64,000 nt of DNA from Candidatus Cloacimonadales bacterium. GTDB lineage: Bacteria > Cloacimonadota > Cloacimonadia > Cloacimonadales > JAIOQZ01. Of this stretch, positions 38,652 to 48,854 are shown piece after piece; the first letter of the stretch is position 1; every line of letters starts with the position of its first letter. The notes beneath the pieces were generated by a model that was given only the letters and a program-made list of their open reading frames with translations, did no database searches and was not told the DNA's origin. The stretch is from positions 3,264,001 to 3,328,000 of the forward strand of contig OY762463.1 in assembly GCA_963665815.1 (NCBI GenBank), in the 5' to 3' direction. The position numbers and the translations under genes were made by a program.

Positions 38652-41171
38652 ATGTTTGACCTAAGAAAAAGTGTCATTCTTTTAACGATAATTGTTACTC
38701 TGTTAACATTATCAATTATGTCTTGTAAAAAGACAGGAAGTCTTCTGCCTAACCAGAAGCCTGTCGTTGAAATAACTTCCTATGAAGGAAAGATGATTGA
38801 TGATTCTTACATTGATGATCCTTCCATAATTGATACTCTTGTTGGTAAAAACGATCTTCAGAGAAGCTTGTTCCAACAGAAGATTTTCTGGAGCGCATAC
38901 GATGTCGATGGCGATGTAACAGGATATGCTTTCAGAATTAAAGACAAATTTAACAATCCACTTCAACTTGCCGGTCATGAAGCCATTTCTGAAGATGGAT
39001 GGGTTTATCATTACAAACCGGGAGCAGATCAGTCTTTCCCTCTTATTTCTGCAGATGGAGTAATTAATCATACTGTTGCTACAATCTGGACAAATGAACT
39101 TTCTGCAACTGTTAACTTCCTCGCTGCAAACAGTGATGCTGACAGCAGTAATACTCCTAATATTTTTGAATTGAAATGTAAGGATAACAGAGGTCTTGAA
39201 TCAGATATTGAAAGAAGGGCTTTTCTTGCATATTCTGAAATTCCTGAAGTTCTCGTTACTACAAGTAAGGGTAATGTTCAGGATAGAGATACAGGTACCG
39301 GATTAAGATTTAAATTCTCAATTAATGATGAAGATCCCTTTATTCCAGCTACTCCTTATTTCTTCAGATACAGAATTTTTAAAATTGATAAAGACACAGA
39401 AGAACCCGTGGATACATCTTCTGCTGATTATAAAACATGGTACACTACTCAATATTATGCAAACATTAATGAAGTAAATATTTCAGGTATTGAAGAAGAA
39501 GACCGTCCTGTATTGACTTCTGACTTTTCAGATGAAGCTCAGACAGATCAGGTGAGTTCTACATGTATTGAAGTTGTTGCATTTGACCTTGCAGGTATTG
39601 AATCTGAAAGCAAGAAAGTATCTTTCAGAGTGCATAACAACTACACTCCTGAGACAATTATGTACGATCAATCCACAAGAGCGCTTGGCGACTATCATTA
39701 TACAATGGTCGAACCTGAAAATCTTGTTGTTCCACAAACTGAAGGTAATGATGGTACATTATACTCAATGCCATTGTTCAGAGACAGAAATAACATAAAC
39801 TCAGTTATTTGGAGTAATAACCTTAAATTGTATTTCTCATGGGGATTCCGTGGTGAATATGAAGATAATGATCCGACAAAAGATAAAGAGAATAAAGTTG
39901 TAGATGCTTCTGCCGCAGATAACAGTTCTTCCTACTATTCTGAGATTCTTTACTTTGACATCAGAATGGAAACAAAAGATGGTGAAAAACTTGATATGAT
40001 TCCTGAATTGCGTACGAACGTTATCTCAGATACGAACGGAACTCAGTGGATCAGAATTCCCAAAGCGCATTCAAGCAGTCAGAAATTTACACTTACTAAC
40101 ATGCAGCCGGATACAGAGGATGATGATTCATTTAATACATTATACGTAAGAGCGGTTGATAATCAGTTCAAAGTAGATGAGACACCTGTTGAGTACAGAT
40201 TTAAAACTATAGAACTGTTACCTTATGAAGATAGAAACAATGTATTGCTTTTATCTGACAAAACTCAGTTTACAACTGTATTACCTAAAGACCGGTTCTA
40301 TGAAAGATATTCCAATCTTTTATCAAATTACTTAGGTTCCGATTCACTTCGTTTTCTTGATATAGAGGAATATGGTTCTGTTCCAACAGCAGCTAATCCG
40401 GGAATTCTATCTCCAACTGATTTTGCTAACAATAAGGTTCTGCTTATAACAAATGAAAGTCTCACCGGTTCTACACTGATGGATACAGAATATGAGGCTC
40501 TCAGAATTTTTTCAATCATCGGTGGAAACTTCATTATTGTTTCTGGAAACGGACATGCTGAAAACTATTCAAAAGCAAGCCTTAATTTCTATCCTTTCTA
40601 CGGTAACGAATTTGGAATGATTCCTATAGTTTTAGGTGGACGTAATGCATTCGCTGAGCATGGTGGAAATTACTTAGCATCAACAATGGCATACTTTGAA
40701 GGTGCTACATCAGTTGCCGGAAGTCCATTTAATGATATTGATCTTAAGCTTGGAGAAACTGACGGAGAGTATGGTTATGTTGTATGGAATAACATTTCTA
40801 ATCATCAACAAGTTCTTGGTGGTTGTGGTGCTCTAAACGATTCAATATATGTTTATGTAGAATATCCTGATAGTTCTAATATTCACTACTTAGTCGGGAG
40901 CTTAAGTACAAATGTTTATGGTTATGAAGTTATGATGAAAAACAATCTGGTTGAATCACCAGGGTATGAAAATTCTGATCATGGCTTAGATAGAAGGTAT
41001 TACAAAGAAATGACTAATGGAGCTTCAATTGCTCGTTACAAAAAAGCACCTACTGCTGTAAATCCCAGGGTTAGAACAAACTACCTTATATGTTTCCCGC
41101 CAACTTTCATGGATCAGGTTCAGATGAAAGATGCAATGGAAAAAATAATGGATGATATACTTCAATATTAA
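38652..41171 (+). CDS. Large putative lipoprotein with repeated beta-sandwich modules
   Basis: GGAGG RBS; lipobox IMSC; repeated CKDNRG/AFDLAG/AVDNQ strand motifs. Confidence 0.7.
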   Translation: MFDLRKSVILLTIIVTLLTLSIMSCKKTGSLLPNQKPVVEITSYEGKMIDDSYIDDPSIIDTLVGKNDLQRSLFQQKIFWSAYDVDGDVTGYAFRIKDKFNNPLQLAGHEAISEDGWVYHYKPGADQSFPLISADGVINHTVATIWTNELSATVNFLAANSDADSSNTPNIFELKCKDNRGLESDIERRAFLAYSEIPEVLVTTSKGNVQDRDTGTGLRFKFSINDEDPFIPATPYFFRYRIFKIDKDTEEPVDTSSADYKTWYTTQYYANINEVNISGIEEEDRPVLTSDFSDEAQTDQVSSTCIEVVAFDLAGIESESKKVSFRVHNNYTPETIMYDQSTRALGDYHYTMVEPENLVVPQTEGNDGTLYSMPLFRDRNNINSVIWSNNLKLYFSWGFRGEYEDNDPTKDKENKVVDASAADNSSSYYSEILYFDIRMETKDGEKLDMIPELRTNVISDTNGTQWIRIPKAHSSSQKFTLTNMQPDTEDDDSFNTLYVRAVDNQFKVDETPVEYRFKTIELLPYEDRNNVLLLSDKTQFTTVLPKDRFYERYSNLLSNYLGSDSLRFLDIEEYGSVPTAANPGILSPTDFANNKVLLITNESLTGSTLMDTEYEALRIFSIIGGNFIIVSGNGHAENYSKASLNFYPFYGNEFGMIPIVLGGRNAFAEHGGNYLASTMAYFEGATSVAGSPFNDIDLKLGETDGEYGYVVWNNISNHQQVLGGCGALNDSIYVYVEYPDSSNIHYLVGSLSTNVYGYEVMMKNNLVESPGYENSDHGLDRRYYKEMTNGASIARYKKAPTAVNPRVRTNYLICFPPTFMDQVQMKDAMEKIMDDILQY

Positions 41172-41188
41172 ACCACAATATATAACTG

Positions 41189-41219
41189 AAAAGGCTGCTT
41201 GTTTAAGCAGCCTTTTTTT
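41189..41219 (+). terminator. Intrinsic terminator
   Basis: AAAAGGCTGCTT-GTTT-AAGCAGCC followed by a T-run. Confidence 0.85.
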
Positions 41220-41254
41220 GTCTCAATTTGACAGTTTTAAAGGGGGCTATACAC

Positions 41255-41284
41255 AAAAAAAACCTGCCGTTTCCGACAGGTTTC
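41255..41284 (-). terminator. Intrinsic terminator of the ftcd operon
   Basis: AAACCTG..CAGGTTT stem, with an A8 run on + that reads as the U-tract on -. Confidence 0.65.
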
Positions 41285-41310
41285 CAATAGATATATCTGT
41301 ATGATCTGTA

Positions 41311-42975
41311 TTATAATTTTGCCATTACTTCTGCTTCTACAGCAAGAGCAAGTTTGTCTGTTTTTTCTGCAATATCTTTTGCTTTTTTACTGATATCTTC
41401 GATGAAAGCTTTGTCAGTAATACCTGCAAGATTGATAAGCACGTTGAGGTATCCGCTTTTTACTGCTGCATTGGCTGTAATAGCTGCAACACCAGCATCA
41501 GAAAGAGCATTCTTGTTACCGATTTTCGCAATTCTTTCGGAAAGCTCAACAGCTTCAAGTGAAAGTTCCATTGTTTCCAGAGGAATAAGGATAGCATTTT
41601 TAGTTGCTTCTTCCATAGCTGTTTCTCTTGTGGTTTTTTCTGCATCGGTTTTCTTAGGAAGCTTAGCAGCAGCCATCATTTTATTGAAAGCGTCAGTATC
41701 TTTATCAATTACCTGAAGCGCTCTCAGTTTGATGTCCTGACCTTCTTCTGCGATAACCATTGCCTTATCCCAGTTCTTTTCATAACCTTTTTTGTTAGCA
41801 GTAAGGTTTGCCACCATTGAAGAAAGTGCTCCTGACATGGCAGCACATACTCCGGCAACACTTCCACCACCTGGTGCAGGTGAATCAGATGAAAGCTCAT
41901 CCATAAATTCGTTGATTTTCATGTTCACGAGATTATTCGTATCCTGAATAGAGTACTCAATGATTTTCTTGTTGATATCGAATTCTCCGAGATCATCAAG
42001 TCCCATTGACTGGATTGCTGTTTCAATAATCATTTTTTCAGGAATACCGGCACATTCACCCATTCTTTTAAGGTAAAATTTACCGGATTCGATGATAGCT
42101 TCCTTAGGGATCAGTCCCACAAGTTCACTACCTGTAATCTGAATATTTTTCTCGAATGCAAGTTCTCTGACTTTTTCCAAAACTGCATGTGGAGGTGTTA
42201 CTTTATAGTTAGTAAGGTTAATACTGATCTGAGCTCTGTTGTATTCATCAATGTACCAGCCGACAGCTTTACAGTTTTTAAAAAGTCCCGGAACCATAAC
42301 TTTGTTTCCGTTTTCGTCTTTAACTATTTTTTTCTTGGCATCACGTTTGAATCTGCCTTTTTCTCTGATTGTAAGAGCAAGGTCATGAGCTTTTTTCTTA
42401 TCGCGTGTATTAAGATTGATATTGTAAGCAATGAGGAATTCACGAGCACTGATTGCAGTTGCTCCTGCTCTTGCGTTAAATTTCTGAGGACCAAAGTCAG
42501 GTTTCCACTCAGGTTGGGTCATTTTTTCAGGAAGTGCTTCGTATTCACCTTTTCTGACGTTGGCAAGGTTCTTCCATTCAGGTTTTGAAGCGGCATATTC
42601 ATAAAGATAAACAGGGATGTTCAGTTCGTTTCCGACTCTTTCTCCGAGTTTCTTAGCGAGTTCAACACATTCATCCATTGTCATGTTTGCCACTGGGATG
42701 AAAGGACATACGTCTGTTGCTCCCATTCTTGGGTGTGCGCCTTTGTGAGTACTCATGTCTATGAGCTCAGATGCTTTTTTGATAGCCTGAAATGCTGCTT
42801 CTACAACACAATCAGGATCTCCAACCATTGTGAATACTGTTCTGTTTGTTGCTTCTCCCGGATCTACATCCAGTAAATGCACGTTTTCAACAGCCTTGAT
42901 TGCTTCAGCGATCTGGCACAATACGTTCTGATCTCTTCCTTCACTGAAATTAGGAACGCATTCGACTATTTTCAT
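41311..42975 (-). CDS. ftcd: Glutamate formimidoyltransferase / formiminotetrahydrofolate cyclodeaminase
   Basis: ECVPNFSEGR, HPRMGATDVCPF, SDSPAPGGGS and NALSDAGVA motifs. Confidence 0.93.
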   Translation of the reverse strand: MKIVECVPNFSEGRDQNVLCQIAEAIKAVENVHLLDVDPGEATNRTVFTMVGDPDCVVEAAFQAIKKASELIDMSTHKGAHPRMGATDVCPFIPVANMTMDECVELAKKLGERVGNELNIPVYLYEYAASKPEWKNLANVRKGEYEALPEKMTQPEWKPDFGPQKFNARAGATAISAREFLIAYNINLNTRDKKKAHDLALTIREKGRFKRDAKKKIVKDENGNKVMVPGLFKNCKAVGWYIDEYNRAQISINLTNYKVTPPHAVLEKVRELAFEKNIQITGSELVGLIPKEAIIESGKFYLKRMGECAGIPEKMIIETAIQSMGLDDLGEFDINKKIIEYSIQDTNNLVNMKINEFMDELSSDSPAPGGGSVAGVCAAMSGALSSMVANLTANKKGYEKNWDKAMVIAEEGQDIKLRALQVIDKDTDAFNKMMAAAKLPKKTDAEKTTRETAMEEATKNAILIPLETMELSLEAVELSERIAKIGNKNALSDAGVAAITANAAVKSGYLNVLINLAGITDKAFIEDISKKAKDIAEKTDKLALAVEAEVMAKL

Positions 42976-42999
42976 AATTCCTCCGAATTTATTAAGTTT

Positions 43000-43317
43000 T
43001 TAATGATATATTTTTTCGATTGGCAATAATACGATACTGCCAAGGTTATCTTCAATGAAATTAATTCCCGAAAGTTTCAATTCCTTCAATAAAAAGTCAA
43101 CCTGTTCTTTTTCCACGACCGCCATAAATATTGTCGAGTATGCAGTGTCAGAGTCTATAGAGTTCCTGAATCCGGCAAATAAAGGCATATTGAAAGCCAT
43201 TTTATGCACCAGAGATTCTCCTGAAAGGATGATTGAATTTTCAATCCCTGATTCTGTAAGAGCCATTGAAATGTCGTCCTGATATCTTTCTTCAAATAAT
43301 TGTAATATCATGTACAT
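43000..43317 (-). CDS. PII-like small protein
   Basis: 105 aa with a beta-alpha pattern, PLFAGFR loop and GSIVLLPI C-terminal strand; lies 2 nt after the antiporter. Confidence 0.5.
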   Translation of the reverse strand: MYMILQLFEERYQDDISMALTESGIENSIILSGESLVHKMAFNMPLFAGFRNSIDSDTAYSTIFMAVVEKEQVDFLLKELKLSGINFIEDNLGSIVLLPIEKIYH

Positions 43318-43319
43318 AA

Positions 43320-44543
43320 TTATTTCCTTTTCGTTTCAATATGTTTAGCTTCACCGGATTTAAGTAAAGCGATTTTTGCAAAAATAGGACCAATTAACAT
43401 TACGATAAATGTCGTTGCTGTGATAGAACTGAGAAGATATTCTGCAAGCTCGTGGTCTCCCTTTGCATGGAGAACTTTTGCCGCCGCCAGTGCCAGACCT
43501 ACTGCCACACCGGCTTGAGAGAACAGTGCCAGACCCAGATAATTCCGGATTTTTTTTTCGGCTTTGGTGATAGTGGCTCCAAGAAATGTGCCGCCCCATT
43601 TTCCGAATGATCTGGCAACAATATATACAACAATAAACAGCCAGTAGTCATGTATGAGTTTAAGGTTAAGGTGGGCACCTATAAGGACAAAGAACCAGAT
43701 ATACATAGGTGGTGACCATTCACCGAGTGTTGTAAAGACCTTGGAGGCTATCAGTTTTTCTCTGTTTACCAGAACAATACCCATGACCATGTTGAGCATG
43801 ATAGGGGAGATGTCCAGCAGTTCTGAAAGACCGCAGTTTATAAGGATTACTGCCAGAGAAATCTGCAGGATATTAAGCTTGCTTCTGACATATCGGAATA
43901 CAAATGTAAGAATGTAACCAACAACACCGCCTATAAGGATAGCTAATCCGAGATCTTTTCCGGCATGCAGCAGAGCGGTTCCAATGCTTACATCAACTGA
44001 GCTGGCTGAATCCATGAATATCATTGCGACCGGGAAAGAAATTGAGTACAGGATCAGAGCAAGGATATCATCAAAAGCCATAACAGCGTACAGAGTTGTT
44101 GTCAATGAACCTTTAGCTTTGTATTGTTTGATAACTTCTACAGTTCCGGCAGGTGCTGTGGCTGATGCCAATGCTCCGAAGATAATTCCCAGCGGAACGT
44201 TCTTCAGCAGAATAGAACTGGCAACAGAGACAAGTATAAAGGCTCCGAGAGCTTCCAGTAGAACAATCATTATGATTTGTTTACCGAGTTTTTTAATCTC
44301 AGATATCTGAAGCTCACCGCCAATACCAAAACCGATTAATGACAGCACAATCAGGTTGATTATATTCAGCGAGTCAACCTGTTCCTTGGTGATTATATTG
44401 AATACAGCAGGACCTACAATAGCACCTGCAACAATATATCCCACAATCAGGGGCGTTTTCAAAGATGATGCTCCCCGGGCGATTATCAGAGAAAGGATAA
44501 CCGAACCGCCGAGAAAGAGCAGCAGCATGTGTTCGGACATCAT
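43320..44543 (-). CDS. Cation:proton antiporter (CPA2 / Na_H_Exchanger family)
   Basis: About 12 TMs; GYIVAGAIVGP, IGGEL, ATAPA, AFDD, FFVLIGA and QAGVAVG motifs. Confidence 0.88.
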   Translation of the reverse strand: MMSEHMLLLFLGGSVILSLIIARGASSLKTPLIVGYIVAGAIVGPAVFNIITKEQVDSLNIINLIVLSLIGFGIGGELQISEIKKLGKQIIMIVLLEALGAFILVSVASSILLKNVPLGIIFGALASATAPAGTVEVIKQYKAKGSLTTTLYAVMAFDDILALILYSISFPVAMIFMDSASSVDVSIGTALLHAGKDLGLAILIGGVVGYILTFVFRYVRSKLNILQISLAVILINCGLSELLDISPIMLNMVMGIVLVNREKLIASKVFTTLGEWSPPMYIWFFVLIGAHLNLKLIHDYWLFIVVYIVARSFGKWGGTFLGATITKAEKKIRNYLGLALFSQAGVAVGLALAAAKVLHAKGDHELAEYLLSSITATTFIVMLIGPIFAKIALLKSGEAKHIETKRK

Positions 44544-44546
44544 AGG

Positions 44547-45008
44547 CTAATCCCTGCTTTGGAATATTTCGTATACTTCCTGTGCTGTATCAGCTTTCAG
44601 AAGGTTATCGTAAATATCCTTATTTTTCAAACGGAGAACAAGCTTTGAAAGGAGTTTAATATAATCTTTGTCCTGTTTATCAGATGCTCCTATCATGAAT
44701 ATCAGATGAACAGGATTGTCGTCAATTGATTCGTATTCTATACCTTCTCTGGATCGACCAACGGCAATTACAAAATCTTTTACTGATGAATGACGTGCAT
44801 GTGGGATGGCAATACCATAACCGATACCGGTACTCATAAGTTTTTCTCTGTCATGAATACTTTTTTTGAACTTCTTACAGTCGGTAATCAGTTCATTCTT
44901 ACAGATAAGCTCCAGCATTGTATCAAGAGCTTCTTTTTTGGTGCATTTACCGAGATCAACGATATAATCAGCATCAAATAATTCCGAAATATTAAAATTA
45001 TTTTTCAT
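44547..45008 (-). CDS. PTS EIIA (fructose/nitrogen type) domain protein
   Basis: REKLMSTGIGYGIAIPHAR phosphorylation-site motif. Confidence 0.9.
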   Translation of the reverse strand: MKNNFNISELFDADYIVDLGKCTKKEALDTMLELICKNELITDCKKFKKSIHDREKLMSTGIGYGIAIPHARHSSVKDFVIAVGRSREGIEYESIDDNPVHLIFMIGASDKQDKDYIKLLSKLVLRLKNKDIYDNLLKADTAQEVYEIFQSRD

Positions 45009-45425
45009 AGTTTCACCTCTCTATTAGAGTCGGGTTTAATGATGTAAGTTTAAAGTCAATTTTTTTTTATAAGAATATATGTCAAAATGTTTGCTGTCAA
45101 GTTTTTGAAAAACAAAAGTTTGAAATGGAGGTTAGTGGTAATTCCTGAAGACGTACTTTTGATCATAATTACAATAGTGTTACGGGTTGTATAGAGGATA
45201 ATCTCGCAGTTTGTGGATAGATCAAAATTTTGTGTCTGACTTTCCAAATTGTCGGTCACAATAATCTACTTGATATATGTAAATAAAAATTTAAATGTTA
45301 AATTATGAATTATATAAGCTTATAATTCTTTCATAAATAAAAGAACATGTTCTCAATTTTTTCTACTTGACAAGTGTATAGAGAAATTTACATATAATAT
45401 AATAAAGTCTTGTAAAGGTGTAACT

Positions 45426-48400
45426 ATGATGGGATCAAGTATTGTACTAATGAAGGTTGATACAGATGCAGTATCTACAAATAGGGGTTTTTTGTATCAG
45501 TATTTAATTACTTTGAATGATTGGATAAATATCTTCCTGAACCAAAGTAGAGATATTGACATTTATTGTGAAACAGAGGATGATATATTTGAAAGAAACC
45601 ATAAAAGCAGTACTGTAAAGTTTACTCAGGTTAAATGCTTTAGGGAAGGATTCAGTCAGAATAGCCCTGAAATTAAGAAAACACTTCTCAATTTCTTCAT
45701 GCTTTATCTGAAGTACAATGGAGAGTATGATGGTACTTTCTTATTTACAACAACTGCTGGACTCAAAAAAAGAGCTGGTAAATTTTTGCGTGAATGGGAG
45801 AGCATACAGTATAGCAAAATGGATGTAATTAAAAAATTCTCTGTGCCAACAAAAGAAATACTAATTAAATACATTCATTCTTTATTAAGAAAAAGTAAGA
45901 AGGAAGCAAATTCATCGTGGTACAATATGGTGTTGAACATTCTTGAAAACATCAGGTCAGATAGATTTGATGACTTCATCCAAAGAATACGATGGAAATT
46001 TCTAGATATTGAACCTAACGAGGCTATTAGAAAGATTAACGAAGAAATAGAAAAAAAAATTCGTAAGTTTCCAAAGCATGGAGATAAAACCAGTATAATT
46101 TTTGCAAAATTATTAACTGAAATATCTTTTCGATCTTCGAAAACGAGAATTGATGAACGAGTTTTAAATTTTGGAATATTGGATTCAATAATTAATGGAA
46201 CTATACAGGAAATTGAGCAAAGTATAAGCAAAAGGATAAGAAGATTGATGGCTGATAAGGATGATATAGTTAATCATGTTAAATCAATAGATAAAACCAT
46301 AACTAATCTCTATGATGAGTTTAGTGAGGTATTTAGTAGTGAGTTTACTTTTAAAGAATTCGTGAGACAATATAAGGATTGTGAGTTAAGAGAACTGAGT
46401 AGAGTCAATTTTATAGGGTTACATATGCCTGATGGAATGAAGCAAAATAATGAGATGAGTTTAGAGGATATATATGTAACACCGAAATTCAGAATAAGAC
46501 GAACTAAAGCCATCAATGTGCAAGATATGGATGATTTTCTCGTTGAAGATGACGAATCTGATGTAGATTACTCCGATTTACTAAATGATGACAGAAATAG
46601 AGTTGTTATTCTGGGAGGACCAGGGACGGGAAAATCTACATTAGTAAAATCATTGATATGTAATATTCTTAATAACAAGAAGAATATTATCAACAATACT
46701 GAGATATACAAAAGAATTCCTTTCAGAATTGAGTTAAGGAAGTACTTAGCAAAGAAGCTCAAAAATGACTACAATATAATTCAGTATATTGTTTCTGAGC
46801 TTAAATGTAAATACGTAAAGGATGTTGATGAAAGGCAAATAACAAGAATCATAGAAAAACATCCAACAATATTTTTTTTTGATGGACTTGATGAAATATT
46901 TGATCCAATGAACAAGAATGATGTAAGAAATGATATTGAAAATTTTACAAGTATATCGGAACATATTTACACTGTTGTTACTTCAAGATTAGCTGGTTAT
47001 GAAGAAGTAAAATTCAGTAGTGATTTTACAGAAATAAATATCTTGGATTTTGAGAGAGATAAAATAGAAAAATATATAAAAATGTGGTATCATCAATTTT
47101 ACAGGGAAATCGAAGACACTAAAAGACGTGATGATGAAATAAAAGCATTAAACGCGGAAATAGAAACTGTTGACGAAGAGTTAAAAAGTAATCCTTTATT
47201 ACTATCATTAATTGTTCTTCTCTTTAGCAATCAAAAAAAAATACCTAAGTCTAAGCTACAAATATATAGAAGTTGCACAAACACTCTAGTAACTAAATGG
47301 GATAAGAACAAAAAAGATATGATAATCGAAATTGAACAAGACTTACTCAATTATAAGGAATCAATTCTGTCAAATTTAGCTTATTGGGAGTACGAACGAT
47401 TGAGTTCTAAAAGCAAGCTTGATGTAACTCATGAACAAATAACTCGAAGAATTGTCCAAATAATACTTGAAGATCTAAAGCTAGTTGATGATCATAATAT
47501 TGCGGAAAAGTGGGCAAATGAGTTTCTAACATACATTGAAAAAAGGTCTATCTATTTCGACAATGAGTTTACACACAAAACTTTTAGAGAATATTACACA
47601 GCAAAATGGATTTATACTAACTTTGAGAAAAAGCATAAAATCTCTGATCGTGACAAACTAATTAACCGATATATAAGTAAACCTTTCTGGTTCATAGTCT
47701 TAGAATTGTTGTTTAACATGATAGATGCAGGCCAGTCTGATAACGATATTTTGGATGAATTGTTTAAAAATCATGGGGTTAATGAAGAAGCATTTCCTTT
47801 TATTATATATGTACTGCCTAAGGTAACCTTTATAAGTAATACTCTAGTAAAGAGCTTAGTAAAAAAGTCTCTTGAGATTACTATTGAAAGTGCTTTGAAC
47901 GATTCTTCTAAAGAAGTTGATAACGATTCACTTCATAAAAAAATATTTCAACAGTTTCGACATATAATTGTATCCTCCAAATTTAGAACATATCTGTTTG
48001 ATAATATGGATAGTTTGTTTCAGGAAAAAATAATTAATAAAAGATATCTTCAAATGTTAATTCTTTTTGTTTTCGATTTGAGAATTCTAGGTGAGTTCGA
48101 AAATATTGAAGGACTAGAAAAAGAAGCTGATACTTTTTGTAAGAAATATCTTACATATATTGAGGACAGATCAAAAAATAATGAAGTAATATATTGGTTA
48201 ATTAGAATTTTCAAACTAATCAAAATAACAATGAATGATATTGAAAACTACTTTTTAATATATGGAGCTGATAATCTGCATCAATTCTACAATTCCACAT
48301 TTAGATCTGGTTTAAGTTATGGTTGTGCGCTGAGAGTCATTGAAAACTTTATCTTGAATGAAGAAAACATTAAAGATTTGGATAAGAATTTGTCAATTCT

Positions 48401-48731
48401 TCTAAAACACTATAATAAACTTAATAATATGGTCAGACGTCCAATTTTTCATTTAAAGATGAGTTTATTTGAGAAATTGATAGAATGCTTACTACAAACT
48501 AAAAAAATCGAAACCAAAATTTTCATTCTCTTCTATTTTTCTTCCATTAGAACACGAAGAAATCAAAAGAAATTTAATAATTATGTAAATAAGAAACTTC
48601 CAGAGGAAATGGCATTGATTGTAGAATACATATCTATGACTAACATTTCATTAAGCAAGAAAAGAAGCTATATACTAGAAAAACTGGGGGTAAATAAATC
48701 ATATAATCAAATGCAGTTGGAATTAGATTGA
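45426..48731 (+). CDS. NACHT (STAND) NTPase with N-terminal PD-(D/E)xK/DUF4297-like nuclease domain, putative anti-phage protein
   Basis: N-terminal RGFLYQY, CETEDDI and QVK; Walker A GGPGTGKS, Walker B FFDGLDE, VTSR, NPLLL and FTHKTFREY. Very AT-rich. Confidence 0.85.
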   Translation: MMGSSIVLMKVDTDAVSTNRGFLYQYLITLNDWINIFLNQSRDIDIYCETEDDIFERNHKSSTVKFTQVKCFREGFSQNSPEIKKTLLNFFMLYLKYNGEYDGTFLFTTTAGLKKRAGKFLREWESIQYSKMDVIKKFSVPTKEILIKYIHSLLRKSKKEANSSWYNMVLNILENIRSDRFDDFIQRIRWKFLDIEPNEAIRKINEEIEKKIRKFPKHGDKTSIIFAKLLTEISFRSSKTRIDERVLNFGILDSIINGTIQEIEQSISKRIRRLMADKDDIVNHVKSIDKTITNLYDEFSEVFSSEFTFKEFVRQYKDCELRELSRVNFIGLHMPDGMKQNNEMSLEDIYVTPKFRIRRTKAINVQDMDDFLVEDDESDVDYSDLLNDDRNRVVILGGPGTGKSTLVKSLICNILNNKKNIINNTEIYKRIPFRIELRKYLAKKLKNDYNIIQYIVSELKCKYVKDVDERQITRIIEKHPTIFFFDGLDEIFDPMNKNDVRNDIENFTSISEHIYTVVTSRLAGYEEVKFSSDFTEINILDFERDKIEKYIKMWYHQFYREIEDTKRRDDEIKALNAEIETVDEELKSNPLLLSLIVLLFSNQKKIPKSKLQIYRSCTNTLVTKWDKNKKDMIIEIEQDLLNYKESILSNLAYWEYERLSSKSKLDVTHEQITRRIVQIILEDLKLVDDHNIAEKWANEFLTYIEKRSIYFDNEFTHKTFREYYTAKWIYTNFEKKHKISDRDKLINRYISKPFWFIVLELLFNMIDAGQSDNDILDELFKNHGVNEEAFPFIIYVLPKVTFISNTLVKSLVKKSLEITIESALNDSSKEVDNDSLHKKIFQQFRHIIVSSKFRTYLFDNMDSLFQEKIINKRYLQMLILFVFDLRILGEFENIEGLEKEADTFCKKYLTYIEDRSKNNEVIYWLIRIFKLIKITMNDIENYFLIYGADNLHQFYNSTFRSGLSYGCALRVIENFILNEENIKDLDKNLSILLKHYNKLNNMVRRPIFHLKMSLFEKLIECLLQTKKIETKIFILFYFSSIRTRRNQKKFNNYVNKKLPEEMALIVEYISMTNISLSKKRSYILEKLGVNKSYNQMQLELD

Positions 48732-48854
48732 GATAAGTAGTAGTTTGACGACAGAATAGAAATATATTTATGATGATTTCAGAGCTTACACAAAATTATT
48801 TACTCACTAATCCCTTTCCTTTTCTTCTTTCGTGTCCTTTAGTGTATTTCAAGG

